Made by a program: the position numbers and the translations under genes. A stretch of DNA of 62,148 nucleotides. Origin: an uncultured archaeon. Lineage in GTDB: Archaea; Asgardarchaeota; Lokiarchaeia; Sigyniarchaeales; SOKP01. The stretch covers positions 1 through 62,148 of the forward strand of contig CAYLZE010000016.1 of NCBI GenBank assembly GCA_964388035.1, given 5' to 3'. The notes under the pieces are model-generated. The model did no database searches and was not told where the DNA came from. It worked only from the letters and a program-made list of their open reading frames with translations. Shown here one piece after another: positions 27,794 through 38,605 of this stretch (the stretch's first letter is position 1; the number at the start of each line of letters is the position of its first letter).

Positions 27794-28999
27794 TCATCTC
27801 ATATTCTTAAATTCCCCTGTTTTCATCAAAGTACAGGGTTTTAGAACTTCTTTTCTAACCTGGCCCGAAAACTCCTCTAATAAAGAAGACCAATGTTCAA
27901 AGTTCTTTTTTCCGGGAGCAAACGGACCGATCATGCCTGGTCCCATTTTCATTACATCTTCTATTATCTTATATCCCCTAACCACCCTTTCTTCTAACAT
28001 TTTGCATCCCTCGTTTAATTGAATTGCCATGATCATCTCAGGATTCAGAAGACCTGCTTTTTTTGACAAATCTATTTTTGGCTTACCTCGTGTCCAATCA
28101 TAAAAACCTCGGCCAGATTTTTTTCCAAGAAGTCCATTTTCCATCATTTCTGTTATAACCTTTCCCGGTTTGAAATCAGGAGATAGGAATTTTTCATAAC
28201 TTTTTGAGCTATTATAAACAGAATCAATTCCGAGGTAATCTGCCAATTCGCAAGGTCCCATCGGGGTTAGAATTCCTGCTCCTGCATCTGCATCAATTTG
28301 TTCCCATGGGATTCCTCGTTCCGCTGCTTGGTCAAAAATCCAGTTCAAATAAATATTAGGAGGTATGAGCAAGCGGTTTGCGATAAAACCGGGACTATCC
28401 ACTATAATGGGCGCTACTAACCTATTACCTCTCAGACAAGGCAATATTTCTCCAATTTTGAGTCCAATCTCAAAAGCTTTTTCTGATGTATTTTTACCTT
28501 TCATTACTTCCACGCAACCTTGGGTGTAAACGGGGACAAAGAAATGCATTCCTATCACATCTTCGGGTATTTTCGCTAATTCTGCTAATTTAGTGATGGG
28601 AAAGGTAGAGGTATTAGAAGCTAATATTGCACTTGAGGGCGCGACTTGACTTGTTTTCTGAAATATCTCTTGCTTTAACTCCAAAATTTCAGGGACAGCT
28701 TCTATTATGAATTCTTTTTCTTTAACGGCATTCGATAAATCGACACTTATTTTCAAATTAGTTAAAAGCTTTTTTACCGTTTGATTTGCGTCAAGTTTTC
28801 CTTTGGATTCTACTTTTTTTAAATTTTGTTCAATTTCGATTCGAGCTTTTTTAAGCTTTTTTTCCAATAAATCGACCAAAGTGACAGAGAACTCCGCTTG
28901 AAGAAAAACCTGGGCTATACCCGTTCCCATAACGCCCGCTCCAATGACAGCGACATCTTTAATTCTGTTTAAGTCATTCATTCGATCCATCAATTCCAT
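27794..28999 (-). CDS. 3-hydroxyacyl-CoA dehydrogenase
   Basis: VIGAGVMGTGIA, IIEAVPE, LASNTST, GMHFF, PGFIANR, GKKSGRGFY. Confidence 0.93.
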   Translation of the reverse strand: MELMDRMNDLNRIKDVAVIGAGVMGTGIAQVFLQAEFSVTLVDLLEKKLKKARIEIEQNLKKVESKGKLDANQTVKKLLTNLKISVDLSNAVKEKEFIIEAVPEILELKQEIFQKTSQVAPSSAILASNTSTFPITKLAELAKIPEDVIGMHFFVPVYTQGCVEVMKGKNTSEKAFEIGLKIGEILPCLRGNRLVAPIIVDSPGFIANRLLIPPNIYLNWIFDQAAERGIPWEQIDADAGAGILTPMGPCELADYLGIDSVYNSSKSYEKFLSPDFKPGKVITEMMENGLLGKKSGRGFYDWTRGKPKIDLSKKAGLLNPEMIMAIQLNEGCKMLEERVVRGYKIIEDVMKMGPGMIGPFAPGKKNFEHWSSLLEEFSGQVRKEVLKPCTLMKTGEFKNMR

Positions 29000-29284
29000 T
29001 TTTATTTAAAGAAAGGATTTCTAAGTTGTATTCTAACATGAGTATATATAATTAAGAAAAAACGCCATAAAAAAATTATTACTAAAGTCGATTTGTATTG
29101 TATTGTATCGATTGCAACAATACTACCTAACTTCTCTTTTTTCATAATCCTTTTTTTCTTTATAATATATTTAACGCAACATGGTTAATAACTAACCAAT
29201 TATTTTAATAATAAATACAAGTTTTATTACTGAAAAAAAGCAACCATTTCTTTATTTAGTGAGAACAATAAGATTTTTGATCAG

Positions 29285-30367
29285 ATGAGATTTAAAACCC
29301 CTTATATAGACATAAATTTAAAAAAGATCTATGATAATGCCAGAACGCTTCTTAAATTATTTTCCTCAAGAAATATATCCATCATGGGAATTACTAAGGT
29401 TTGCCTTGGGGATGCATTTGTAGCAAAAACGTTATTGGATGCGGGCATTCATCTTATAGGTGATTCCCGAATCGATAATATCAAAAGGATGAAAGAAGCG
29501 GGCATAAATGCCACCTTTGTATTAATCAGAAATCCCTCCTTATCGGAGATTTCTTCTGTGGTGGAGCATGTAGATATAAGCTTTAATTCGGAACTGGAAA
29601 TTATTCAGAAACTTTCCGAGGAAAGCATTAAACAAAAGAAAACTCAGGGGATAATTCTAATGATAGAGATGGGAGATCTAAGGGAAGGCATCATGCCTGC
29701 GGAGTTGGATGATACCATCGAAAAGATTCTTCATTTAAAGGGAGTAATTCTGGAAGGAATTGGAACAAATCTGAAATGTTTTTCGGGTGTTATCCCAGAC
29801 AATAACAACATGACACAGCTTTCGGATTTAGCTTTACATGTTCAAGAAAAATTTGAAATCAAATTAAATTACATTTCGGGGGGTAATTCTGCAAATTATG
29901 ATTGGTTTATGAATACCACTGAAATTGGAGCTATAAATAATTTGAGGATAGGTACTGCACTGTTATTAGGTTATGGTGGGATTAATGAAGACCCAATTCC
30001 TAATCTTCACAGGGATGCATTTCAATTTGTTGCCGAAATTGTTCAGCTGAAAGAGAAACCTTCCTATCCAACGGGCACTTTGGCAATGAGTGCTTTTGGT
30101 GAAGAGTCCATCTTTCTTAAAAGAAAGCATGAAAAAGGAGAAGTAAGACAAATGGCACTACTTAATGCAGGGAGACAAGATATAATAGAAAAAAAAATGA
30201 ATCCCTTAGAGGATATCGAGATCATGAGCGCTACGAGCGATTATATCATATTGAATCTTAAGAAGGGGCAATACAATCTCGGCGATGAGATTAGATTCAT
30301 TCTGGAATATGAAGCATTGTTAAGCGCAATGACCAGTCCTTTTGTTTCAAGGCATTATATTGATTAA
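29285..30367 (+). CDS. PLP-dependent alanine/ornithine racemase family (Orr-like)
   Basis: GITKVC (PLP Lys), DSRIDNI, GDLREG, GIGTNLKC, ISGGNS, NNLRIG. Confidence 0.85.
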   Translation: MRFKTPYIDINLKKIYDNARTLLKLFSSRNISIMGITKVCLGDAFVAKTLLDAGIHLIGDSRIDNIKRMKEAGINATFVLIRNPSLSEISSVVEHVDISFNSELEIIQKLSEESIKQKKTQGIILMIEMGDLREGIMPAELDDTIEKILHLKGVILEGIGTNLKCFSGVIPDNNNMTQLSDLALHVQEKFEIKLNYISGGNSANYDWFMNTTEIGAINNLRIGTALLLGYGGINEDPIPNLHRDAFQFVAEIVQLKEKPSYPTGTLAMSAFGEESIFLKRKHEKGEVRQMALLNAGRQDIIEKKMNPLEDIEIMSATSDYIILNLKKGQYNLGDEIRFILEYEALLSAMTSPFVSRHYID

Positions 30368-30396
30368 TTTCCTAAGACCTATTATAAAATATAATA

Positions 30397-31344
30397 ATGA
30401 AAATAATAAGCAATGATACTGGGAATAAATCTCCTATACTTTCTCCTACTCTTTCAAAGCTTTACATGCTCATCTCCGGAATTTGCATGGGAAGTATTGG
30501 TGTTTTCTTACGTTATTTAGAAGGTCGAGGATATCCCGTATATTCCATCATCTTTTTTAGAGGGATTTTTGGAACTATCCTATTATCCATTATCATGTAT
30601 AAATCCCATTCCTTTAAAAAAGAATTATTTAAAGAATCGTTTCACTTCCATTGGAAAAATCTTGTCTTAAGCAACTTGTTCTACGCTCTCATGGTGATCT
30701 CTTACTTTATTACTATATCTTTTCTTGGGTATTCCATTCCGGCTTTTTTATTGTACACGAGTGGTATCTTTCTCTTACTTTTGCTCATTATCACTAAAGA
30801 AGAGAAAGTCTCTAAAATTAGTATGCTATCCTTTATTTTAGCTATATTAGGTGTGGGATGCATCATGGAATTCTGGAATGGAGGAATGGTCAATATATTT
30901 ATTTTACTCGGTATTTTTTCGGGTTTTTCATATGGTATTTCCATTTTCTTCAAGAAAAAGATTTATAATCAGAGGAAACGAATAGAAAACACTCTCTTAG
31001 TCATTGGAAATTTTGATCTTTTTTTTGCATGGTTTTTGGCTCTTTTCATGATTATTATTTTTTTCCCATTTGGCATCCCCTATTTATTTTCTATAACTTG
31101 GTTGGATCTTGTATATTTTATATTGCTTGGATTAATTCCTACCACGATACCTTTCATACTTTATAACGTGGCGGTTAAAAATGATAAAGGTGGGAATATT
31201 GTAATATTATCGTATTCTGAACCAATAGTAGCTACTGTATATTCTGTCATTATTTCCCAATCTCTCTCAGTTTTCACAATTATCGGTGGTGCTCTTATTT
31301 TACTCGCCAATATCATTATGTTAAAATTCTCATTAAACAAGTAA
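30397..31344 (+). CDS. DMT/EamA family transporter
   Basis: About 10 TM helices in two repeats; YSEPIVA and IIGGALIL motifs. Confidence 0.85.
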   Translation: MKIISNDTGNKSPILSPTLSKLYMLISGICMGSIGVFLRYLEGRGYPVYSIIFFRGIFGTILLSIIMYKSHSFKKELFKESFHFHWKNLVLSNLFYALMVISYFITISFLGYSIPAFLLYTSGIFLLLLLIITKEEKVSKISMLSFILAILGVGCIMEFWNGGMVNIFILLGIFSGFSYGISIFFKKKIYNQRKRIENTLLVIGNFDLFFAWFLALFMIIIFFPFGIPYLFSITWLDLVYFILLGLIPTTIPFILYNVAVKNDKGGNIVILSYSEPIVATVYSVIISQSLSVFTIIGGALILLANIIMLKFSLNK

Positions 31345-31559
31345 TTGTTTTTTTATCGTGTTTTAATAAACTCTGCCCTTGAGATTCTATCCAGAAGAGA
31401 ATTTCGATATAATATAAAAGTTAGGTTTAAAGTTACTGAAGCTTTAAATATGCTCGGAATGAAGGCACCCGAACCTGAATAGGCATTTTACTTATTGATT
31501 TTTTCTATTATTTAAAGGTTGTCTTCTATTATTAACCTTCAATTCTTTTTTTTTAAAAA

Positions 31560-32885
31560 TTAATGGGTATCCAAATTTATATAGTCAATACCTATTAAAG
31601 ATGCTAATATTTTAAGTTCGTTGCCAAAATTTCCATATGCGACAATCCAATGGTGTCCCAAACCCCGTTCCTCAACAATATTTAGAAAGGTATTGATCTC
31701 TATTGGAAGTTTAATCCTTATTGGATTTCCAGGGAAAAGCATTTTTGTTGTAATTGCTTCACCTTCTATAACTCCCATTCTATAGGATCCCTTTCTCCCC
31801 ACCAAGTTTACTATTGTTACATGTCCGGGTTTTGAAGGAAATAACACGCAGATTCCCTTTTTGGCAAGACGAACATTTGACAATTCGATCAATTCAGGTG
31901 AAGGGGCAAGGTTAAAGGATCCACAGCCACAATGACTCCCTACCATGCTATTATCCTCTTCATGTAAATAAAGTAAATCAATATCGTTGACGGGTTGACC
32001 AGAAAGGTTCATGAGGATGTACATTAAGATCAATGAATTAATATCCCCTTCACAAGCTCCTGGAAAACCTTCAGCTGCTAAAAGACTATAGGCTAAGCAG
32101 ACTTCTCCCATATGGTTTGGATAACATTCCAATGTAATCCCGCTCAAGAATTCTGAATCAATGAGCTCTTTTAATGCGAAAAAGTGTTTAATTGCTTTCA
32201 ATCCCTCAAGATCATAAATGGAGACCTTGCCTACTTTTGATTTGATTTCTTCCCATTTCTCTTTCACTCTATCATCCGTGAATTTCAGAACGTTCTCGTG
32301 ATATTGTTCATATCCAATGCTAAGTATCCGTGCCCCAAATACTTCTTTTATGGAGAATTCATCATAAATGACTTCAGACATTCCCTGTGTTCTGTTCCCG
32401 ATCAACCCTAACCGAATCTTCTTCAAATTATTTTTTAGTGAAACGCATCTTGCATACGTGTAAATCTTTTGAAGTGCGCTCTCATCATCTTTATACGCAA
32501 AAATACAATCCTTTTTCAACTCTTTAAAAACCATGTTAAACTGTTGTCCACCACATAAGCTTCCTGCATGAATGTGAGGATACGCCCAAAAAATAAAAGG
32601 CACGTCACAATGGGCGCTCATATCAAGAATTAGATTATCGGAACTCCACGTGGCTAATTTCACACAGATAAGATCCACTTCTTCTCGATAGAATTGTTTT
32701 CCTACACTAATTGCGGATGCTATGTCATGAACGAGAATATTCGCAGGGTTAATGTTAACATTTTTTAGACCGCGTAATAATTCATGGCTTTTTTCGAATA
32801 TTTCGGGAGCTTTATCAGCATTTTCTTCAAGAGGATGGTAAACTACACAAAATCCAATTTTGGGTTTAACTATTATGGCATTCAC
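31560..32885 (-). CDS. L-fucose/L-arabinose isomerase family protein
   Basis: SLCGG, TLECYP, GACEGDI, SHCGCG, GLGHHW. Confidence 0.85.
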   Translation of the reverse strand: MNAIIVKPKIGFCVVYHPLEENADKAPEIFEKSHELLRGLKNVNINPANILVHDIASAISVGKQFYREEVDLICVKLATWSSDNLILDMSAHCDVPFIFWAYPHIHAGSLCGGQQFNMVFKELKKDCIFAYKDDESALQKIYTYARCVSLKNNLKKIRLGLIGNRTQGMSEVIYDEFSIKEVFGARILSIGYEQYHENVLKFTDDRVKEKWEEIKSKVGKVSIYDLEGLKAIKHFFALKELIDSEFLSGITLECYPNHMGEVCLAYSLLAAEGFPGACEGDINSLILMYILMNLSGQPVNDIDLLYLHEEDNSMVGSHCGCGSFNLAPSPELIELSNVRLAKKGICVLFPSKPGHVTIVNLVGRKGSYRMGVIEGEAITTKMLFPGNPIRIKLPIEINTFLNIVEERGLGHHWIVAYGNFGNELKILASLIGIDYINLDTH

Positions 32886-33003
32886 TTTTTCTCTAAACTT
32901 TTTTAGTTGATTAGAAAATCTTAAATATCACTTTAATATAATTATAATCCATGGTAATTCAAAAATTAATGGAAGGATGTGAACTAAAATAGACACATTC
33001 GCA

Positions 33004-33801
33004 ATGGTTAGGTCCTTCGACCAATCGGGTTATTACGAAACCCGCATGTTGCTAATGGTAGTAGCTCTTATCATCTCAGTCTATTTCTATATTAAAAAAG
33101 AGGATAAGAACTATCTCGTCATTTTCATTAGTTCTGCACTTTTTTTTGGCATCGTGGAACTTGTATTATTCTTATTAGGCATGAGAGCTGAAGAATATGC
33201 AATTACATTTTTTGATGTCGTGATTCCTTCTTATATTTCATGGTTATTTCAGGGATTTGGTGAAGGGAGCATATATGGGGTATCGGGTTTTCTATTCATG
33301 GACATGTACCTGAAAAAAAATGATGCTTCGGAATTTAAATTGAGACGGAACTTATTTCTTATTACCATGCTAATTGTCTTCTCGACCTCCGTTCTTGTCA
33401 GTCTATTGGCATTAAATCATCCTATAACCTCCGTGCGAGCCTCATTTGGGCTTGTAACTATTCTCTACCTTGTAATTATCACCATTATCAGCTTTATTTT
33501 GGCGATTTTCTCCTGCGGTAAGGGGTTTCTCAAGCTTTTAGGATATTATTACGTCGGAACCCTACTTTTCATTGTAATTGATTTAGAATTGATGCAATTT
33601 ATAGGGGTTCGATATATTGGAATTGTTCAATCCAATGGTACTGTGACTGCTGCACCTCTCCTTTATCAAGTAGTAATTATGCTATATTCATATGGAATTG
33701 AGATTATCATACCAAGGGCGCATTATCTGGTAATTCCAGCGGCACTAAAACTAATTAAAATTGAAAGAGTCCCTCATCTTAAGGAAGAGTTAACACATTA
33801 A
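33004..33801 (+). CDS. Multi-pass membrane protein of unknown function
   Basis: About 7 hydrophobic segments. Confidence 0.7.
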   Translation: MVRSFDQSGYYETRMLLMVVALIISVYFYIKKEDKNYLVIFISSALFFGIVELVLFLLGMRAEEYAITFFDVVIPSYISWLFQGFGEGSIYGVSGFLFMDMYLKKNDASEFKLRRNLFLITMLIVFSTSVLVSLLALNHPITSVRASFGLVTILYLVIITIISFILAIFSCGKGFLKLLGYYYVGTLLFIVIDLELMQFIGVRYIGIVQSNGTVTAAPLLYQVVIMLYSYGIEIIIPRAHYLVIPAALKLIKIERVPHLKEELTH

Positions 33802-33992
33802 ATCTGCTCAATTTGTATTATTTATTATATTAATGAATTCTTTTTTCTCCATTACCCATATAAAATAGCAAGAGCTCTTTCTTCAATTGACATTTATTCA
33901 TTTCAGAGATGACAAACATGTTAGATGACGCAGTTTGGTTCCATTTTTACGCTAACATTAATTTTTATATTGATTGAGTATTACAATGTTTT

Positions 33993-35003
33993 ATGGGAGA
34001 TACACTCGTTGTGCATTATGGGCTTGGGGTGATTGGCAGAAGAATAATTGAACAAATGCTTCCAATGAGCTTGTTTAAGATTGTGGGTGCAATTGATGTC
34101 AATCCAAACATCGTGGGGAAGGATTTGGGAGAAATCATGGAGCTTGATTCTAAATTAGGAGTCATAATATCTAATAATCCGGATAAAATGTTTTCAGAGC
34201 AGAAACCAGATATCGTCATTCACACCACGCAATCATATGTCAAGCAAGTTTATTCCCAGCTTGAAGGAATTATTAAAAATGGAGTAAATATTGTATCCAC
34301 TTGCGAAGAACTCTCAAATCCCTATAGATCTTCTCCAGAACTATCTAAAAAGATTGATCAATTAGCAAAACAACACGACGTGACCGTGTTAGCAACGGGG
34401 ATTAATCCAGGATTCTTGATGGATTATCTTCCTATTGTTTTAACCGGACCTTGTAAAAAAGTAGATAAGATTGAAGTTATTCGACAGATGAATGCCTCAA
34501 ACCGAAGATTACCCTTTCAAAAAAAGATAGGTTCGGGAATGACCGTAGAAGAATTCAAGAGAAATATGGAAAATGGAGCTATTACGGGACATGTTGGGCT
34601 TGCGCAATCAATGGACATGATTGCCTCTGCATTGGGATGGCATTTGGATGAGATAAAAATAGGTGAAAGTGAACCAATCATTGCAGAAAAAGGAGTCTCA
34701 AGTGAATTTATAACAGTAAAACCCGGAAATGTTTGCGGTCTTACTCAAGTAGCAAGGGGCATGTTCAAGGGAGAAATGAAAATTAGATTGGATTTTAGAG
34801 CGTATTTAGGGGCTTTAGAAGAATATGATTATATAAAAATAACTGGAATTCCTACCTTTACCCAAAAAATCACTCCATGTGTCCATGGTGATATTGGGAC
34901 GGTTTCAATGGTTATAAATTCCATTCCAAGGATTCTTAAAGCACCTGCTGGATTAGTTTTAATGAAGGATTTACCTCCTCCCGTTGTGCTACCTCGAAAA
35001 TAA
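33993..35003 (+). CDS. 2,4-diaminopentanoate dehydrogenase-like NAD(P) oxidoreductase (DapB N-terminal family)
   Basis: YGLGVIG, NIVSTCEEL, TGINPGFLMD, QKKIGSG, GHVGL, HGDIGT. Confidence 0.82.
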   Translation: MGDTLVVHYGLGVIGRRIIEQMLPMSLFKIVGAIDVNPNIVGKDLGEIMELDSKLGVIISNNPDKMFSEQKPDIVIHTTQSYVKQVYSQLEGIIKNGVNIVSTCEELSNPYRSSPELSKKIDQLAKQHDVTVLATGINPGFLMDYLPIVLTGPCKKVDKIEVIRQMNASNRRLPFQKKIGSGMTVEEFKRNMENGAITGHVGLAQSMDMIASALGWHLDEIKIGESEPIIAEKGVSSEFITVKPGNVCGLTQVARGMFKGEMKIRLDFRAYLGALEEYDYIKITGIPTFTQKITPCVHGDIGTVSMVINSIPRILKAPAGLVLMKDLPPPVVLPRK

Positions 35004-35049
35004 GTAAAAAAAAGTAACTTGTTTTTAGTCCTTTAATTAAGTTTGCTTA

Positions 35050-35499
35050 TTATTTACCTTTAGAAGTTTTCTTTTTTTTTAATTTAAATCTCGCGACGAT
35101 TGTTAGTATTACACCAAGAAATCCATAGGTTCCGTTAAGAATTCCGATTAAAATTCCAAATAAGCTTGCTATAAGACTACCTGCTATTAAATTCACTATG
35201 ATTAAGATGATGAGACTCACAAGCCCCATTCCAGCCCCCAGACTTATGATAAACTTTCCAATGAAGTATTGATTTAAAGCAACGATTACAGCTCCAACAA
35301 TAACAGCAATACCCCCTGCAAGTGCAATAAAATAAAAGATTAGAAATACAATTGAAAAGATCGCTGCTGATTGAGGTCCTAAAACTGCTATTGCAATTCC
35401 AAATATGAATGCATAAAACGATATGTTTCCTACTACAGAACTAACAAACATTAGGATTCCCCCAATTATGCATATAACAATCCATTTTTTATTTTCCAT
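35050..35499 (-). CDS. Small 4-TM membrane protein
   Basis: Gly-rich hydrophobic helices and a basic C-terminus. Confidence 0.7.
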   Translation of the reverse strand: MENKKWIVICIIGGILMFVSSVVGNISFYAFIFGIAIAVLGPQSAAIFSIVFLIFYFIALAGGIAVIVGAVIVALNQYFIGKFIISLGAGMGLVSLIILIIVNLIAGSLIASLFGILIGILNGTYGFLGVILTIVARFKLKKKKTSKGK

Positions 35500-35832
35500 T
35501 TCTTTTCCGCTCTTTTATATTATTTTCTCCTTTATTATAGCTATATTTTCTAATATATGAATCAAGATTCTTTATCTATTTAATTGTATTTTTTAATAAT
35601 AACGTATTTTTTTACAATTGTACAAAAAAAGAATAAGAGTTTAAAAAAAAAAGTGGTTTTTTGGAGAATGAACGTGTTTCTCAGTTCAGATTTAATCTTT
35701 AAACAAAGAACTCTAAATTATTTAAAAAATATTCCAGAAAAGGAATGTTCTATCATTGCCGACACAAATTTTACAAGTAAGATATGTTATATTTTAAAAA
35801 AAGTAATTAAAAATATTCTAATGTGATTTTTA

Positions 35833-37635
35833 ATGTCAAAACATGTTAAAGATTTGATTCAAGTTCCGATCATCGAGAGCCTTGATTCAGATGAGAATTG
35901 TAATAAAATTATTTATTTGATAAATTCATCGGGTCTGCTCCAGCTGAACGTTTTACCTTCTGATTTAACCAGTCCACCAAAACAAATCACCAATGAGAAA
36001 GAATCTATTTTTGGAGGGATGATATCTCCTAAGGGTGATAAGGTTGTATATCCACTGGATGAGGGAGGGAATGAAAGACCCCACTTATACTTACTTCCCC
36101 TTGAAGGAGGAGAGTGTAAAAAAATCAGTACTGATCCATACAGAACATTAGCAATGGCATGGCATCCCGATGGAAATGAGATTTCTCGGTCGATTATTTC
36201 TATGAAAGGATATAACATAGAAACATTTAACTTGAAATCTGAAGAGAATTTCATGCTCCTAGAAGGTATTTCCCCAATTTATTCATTGAATTATTCTCAC
36301 GATGGAAAATGGATCGCATGTACTCAAATAAAGAGTATTAAAGATACCCAAGTTATTATTTTCAATAGGAAAGACCCTTCTGATTCAATTATTTATAATA
36401 TAAAGGATAACACGAGAGACGGTATGTCCTCTTGGGCGCCAGATGATAGTAAATTGGCGATTTTTAGTGAAGCAACAGGCAGAATGAGAGTTTATATTCA
36501 AGAATTTCAAGCAGAAAAAAGATACATGCTTGACTTGGAACCGGATGAGGATGCAAATGCTAATATGGGAGAGCTAGCATGGGATCCTAAGGGTAAGAAA
36601 GTTTATTATGTCGTAAGCAAGCACGGTAGAAGCATCTTGCACGCTCATCCCTTAGACGGAAGCATAGGAAATGCATTCCCATTTCCAGAAGGTCAAGTAT
36701 TATATCCAAAATTAAGTAAAGATGGCCTTAAACTAGTAGCTATTCATTCTTCAATGAAGGATCCTTATGGGATTTATCTTCATGAAGTCGGTTCTGAAAC
36801 AATTATCCCTCTTACATCAAGAGAATTTGAGATTGATATCGATAAGTTAGAAAAACCGACATCTATATGCTATAAATCATTTGATGGTCTAGATATACAT
36901 GCTTGGTATTTACCTGCTGCCACAAGAAAAACTCCACATCCCGCAATTATAATAGCTCATGGAGGTCCTTGGAGTCAAGTGTCTGACTCTTGGACGTATG
37001 GCGTGCTTGGACAAATATTTTCGCAGAATGGAATAGCTGTTTTATATCCAAATTTCCGGGGTTCCACAGGATATGGCTCTGAATTCCAAAATTTAGATCT
37101 GGGAGATCCAGGCGGTGGCGATTTAGAAGATGTTGTGTATGGAGCTAAGTGGTTGCAAAGTCAATCGGAAATTGATCCTTCAAAGTTAGGAATAACGGGA
37201 GGTTCTTATGGTGGTTACATGACTTTAATGGCTCTTGGTAAAAAACCCGATGTATTTATTGCAGGGGTTGCCCGCGTGCCGGTGGTTGATTGGATTCACA
37301 AGCTTAAACTAATTGATCCTTTCCAAGCATTAAACAACATAACATTATTCGGAGGAAAACCCAAAAAGGAACTCAAGCAATTGTATATTGATAGAAGTCC
37401 TATTACTCATGTTTCCTCCATGAAAGCACCCGTAATGATCATTGCTGGAAAGAATGATATACGGTGTCCCTTACCTCCTATTGAGAACTTCATCCAAAAA
37501 TTAAAGGAAAAAAACCACCCATACGAATTTTTATTGATAGAAGACGCCGGACATATCTCAGCAGGATATAATTGGGAAGAAAGCGTCCCCATGTTTAAAA
37601 GAATGATAGAATTCTTGATAAAATACCTTATTTAA
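35833..37635 (+). CDS. S9 family acylaminoacyl/prolyl oligopeptidase (beta-propeller + hydrolase)
   Basis: HGGP, PNFRGSTGYG, GGSYGG nucleophile, NDIRC, AGH. Confidence 0.93.
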   Translation: MSKHVKDLIQVPIIESLDSDENCNKIIYLINSSGLLQLNVLPSDLTSPPKQITNEKESIFGGMISPKGDKVVYPLDEGGNERPHLYLLPLEGGECKKISTDPYRTLAMAWHPDGNEISRSIISMKGYNIETFNLKSEENFMLLEGISPIYSLNYSHDGKWIACTQIKSIKDTQVIIFNRKDPSDSIIYNIKDNTRDGMSSWAPDDSKLAIFSEATGRMRVYIQEFQAEKRYMLDLEPDEDANANMGELAWDPKGKKVYYVVSKHGRSILHAHPLDGSIGNAFPFPEGQVLYPKLSKDGLKLVAIHSSMKDPYGIYLHEVGSETIIPLTSREFEIDIDKLEKPTSICYKSFDGLDIHAWYLPAATRKTPHPAIIIAHGGPWSQVSDSWTYGVLGQIFSQNGIAVLYPNFRGSTGYGSEFQNLDLGDPGGGDLEDVVYGAKWLQSQSEIDPSKLGITGGSYGGYMTLMALGKKPDVFIAGVARVPVVDWIHKLKLIDPFQALNNITLFGGKPKKELKQLYIDRSPITHVSSMKAPVMIIAGKNDIRCPLPPIENFIQKLKEKNHPYEFLLIEDAGHISAGYNWEESVPMFKRMIEFLIKYLI

Positions 37636-37655
37636 ATTACTATCCTCATCCTATT

Positions 37656-38339
37656 TTATTTTTTTACTATGAAATGAAAGTTAATATAAGGAGTTTTATA
37701 TGTCCCCCATAATCGAATCCATAATGTTAGATACATTTCCATTCCTCTTGCGGCAACTATATCTCCTAAATCTAGTACATTTTTCCACCCAAACCATTTC
37801 ATCAGTAGTTCGTTTTTAACCCAATTCTTAGCATTAACATCATTGCCACAAATAAGGAGATCAGTGTCTTGAGAAAGTATTTTTGGATTAACCATTAACT
37901 CCGCTGTAATGTGATTCAAAGCTTTAACCACTTTTATACCCGGAAATGCATCTTGAATTTTTTCTGCTAAAGAGGTAGTATTGACTATTGTGAGTGTTGG
38001 AGGCATGCCTCTTGAAGTATCTAATGGATTAGCAACATCTACCAAAATTTTTTTTCCTATTTTTCCCAAATTAGCAGATTTTAATGCTTCAATGGAATGA
38101 TCCCCCGAAGTACAATTGAATAAAATTTCCCCAAATTCTGCTGCTTGAGCAAAACTACCGGCATTTGATGCGTAACCTCGTTTCTTTTGTGTTTCCATCC
38201 AATGCTGAGCGGATGGTACCCCTTGCGCTTGTTCTTTATTCACGTCCCGAGAGCTAATCATCACCTCGTTCTTCAATTCCACCAGTCTTGTACCCAGAAT
38301 TTGAGCCACATACCCTGCCCCTATTATGCCTATTTTCAT
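37656..38339 (-). CDS. NADPH-dependent F420 reductase-family oxidoreductase
   Basis: MKIGIIGAG, VDVANPL, VVKALN, DLGDI. Confidence 0.85.
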   Translation of the reverse strand: MKIGIIGAGYVAQILGTRLVELKNEVMISSRDVNKEQAQGVPSAQHWMETQKKRGYASNAGSFAQAAEFGEILFNCTSGDHSIEALKSANLGKIGKKILVDVANPLDTSRGMPPTLTIVNTTSLAEKIQDAFPGIKVVKALNHITAELMVNPKILSQDTDLLICGNDVNAKNWVKNELLMKWFGWKNVLDLGDIVAARGMEMYLTLWIRLWGTYKTPYINFHFIVKK

Positions 38340-38605
38340 GCATAATAATCATTCCCTCCCTTATTTAAAAAAACCTACTAATAAAATTTAATCATACCAA
38401 GCTTCCATAATTGCAAATTTTAGAGAATGATGCTGTAACCATGCTTTTATTTCGTTTATGAATTTATATAATTTCTTAAATTATCACGCATTAAAGTGTA
38501 TAAGCAATATTATTAAAATAGCTATTTTCTGGCTTCTTATTAGTGCTACTTTTTAAATTTAACATGGTTTGAATAACGTTTTGATTTATTTGAAAAATTA
38601 TATGC

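Noticed and set aside
31420-31482. Fragment EALNMLGMKAPE resembling an ArgRS C-terminus
   Set aside because: Too short to distinguish from chance without a search.
35584-35826. 80-aa ORF upstream of the S9 peptidase
   Set aside because: AT-rich, low complexity, TTG start and overlapping a divergent promoter region; likely spurious.
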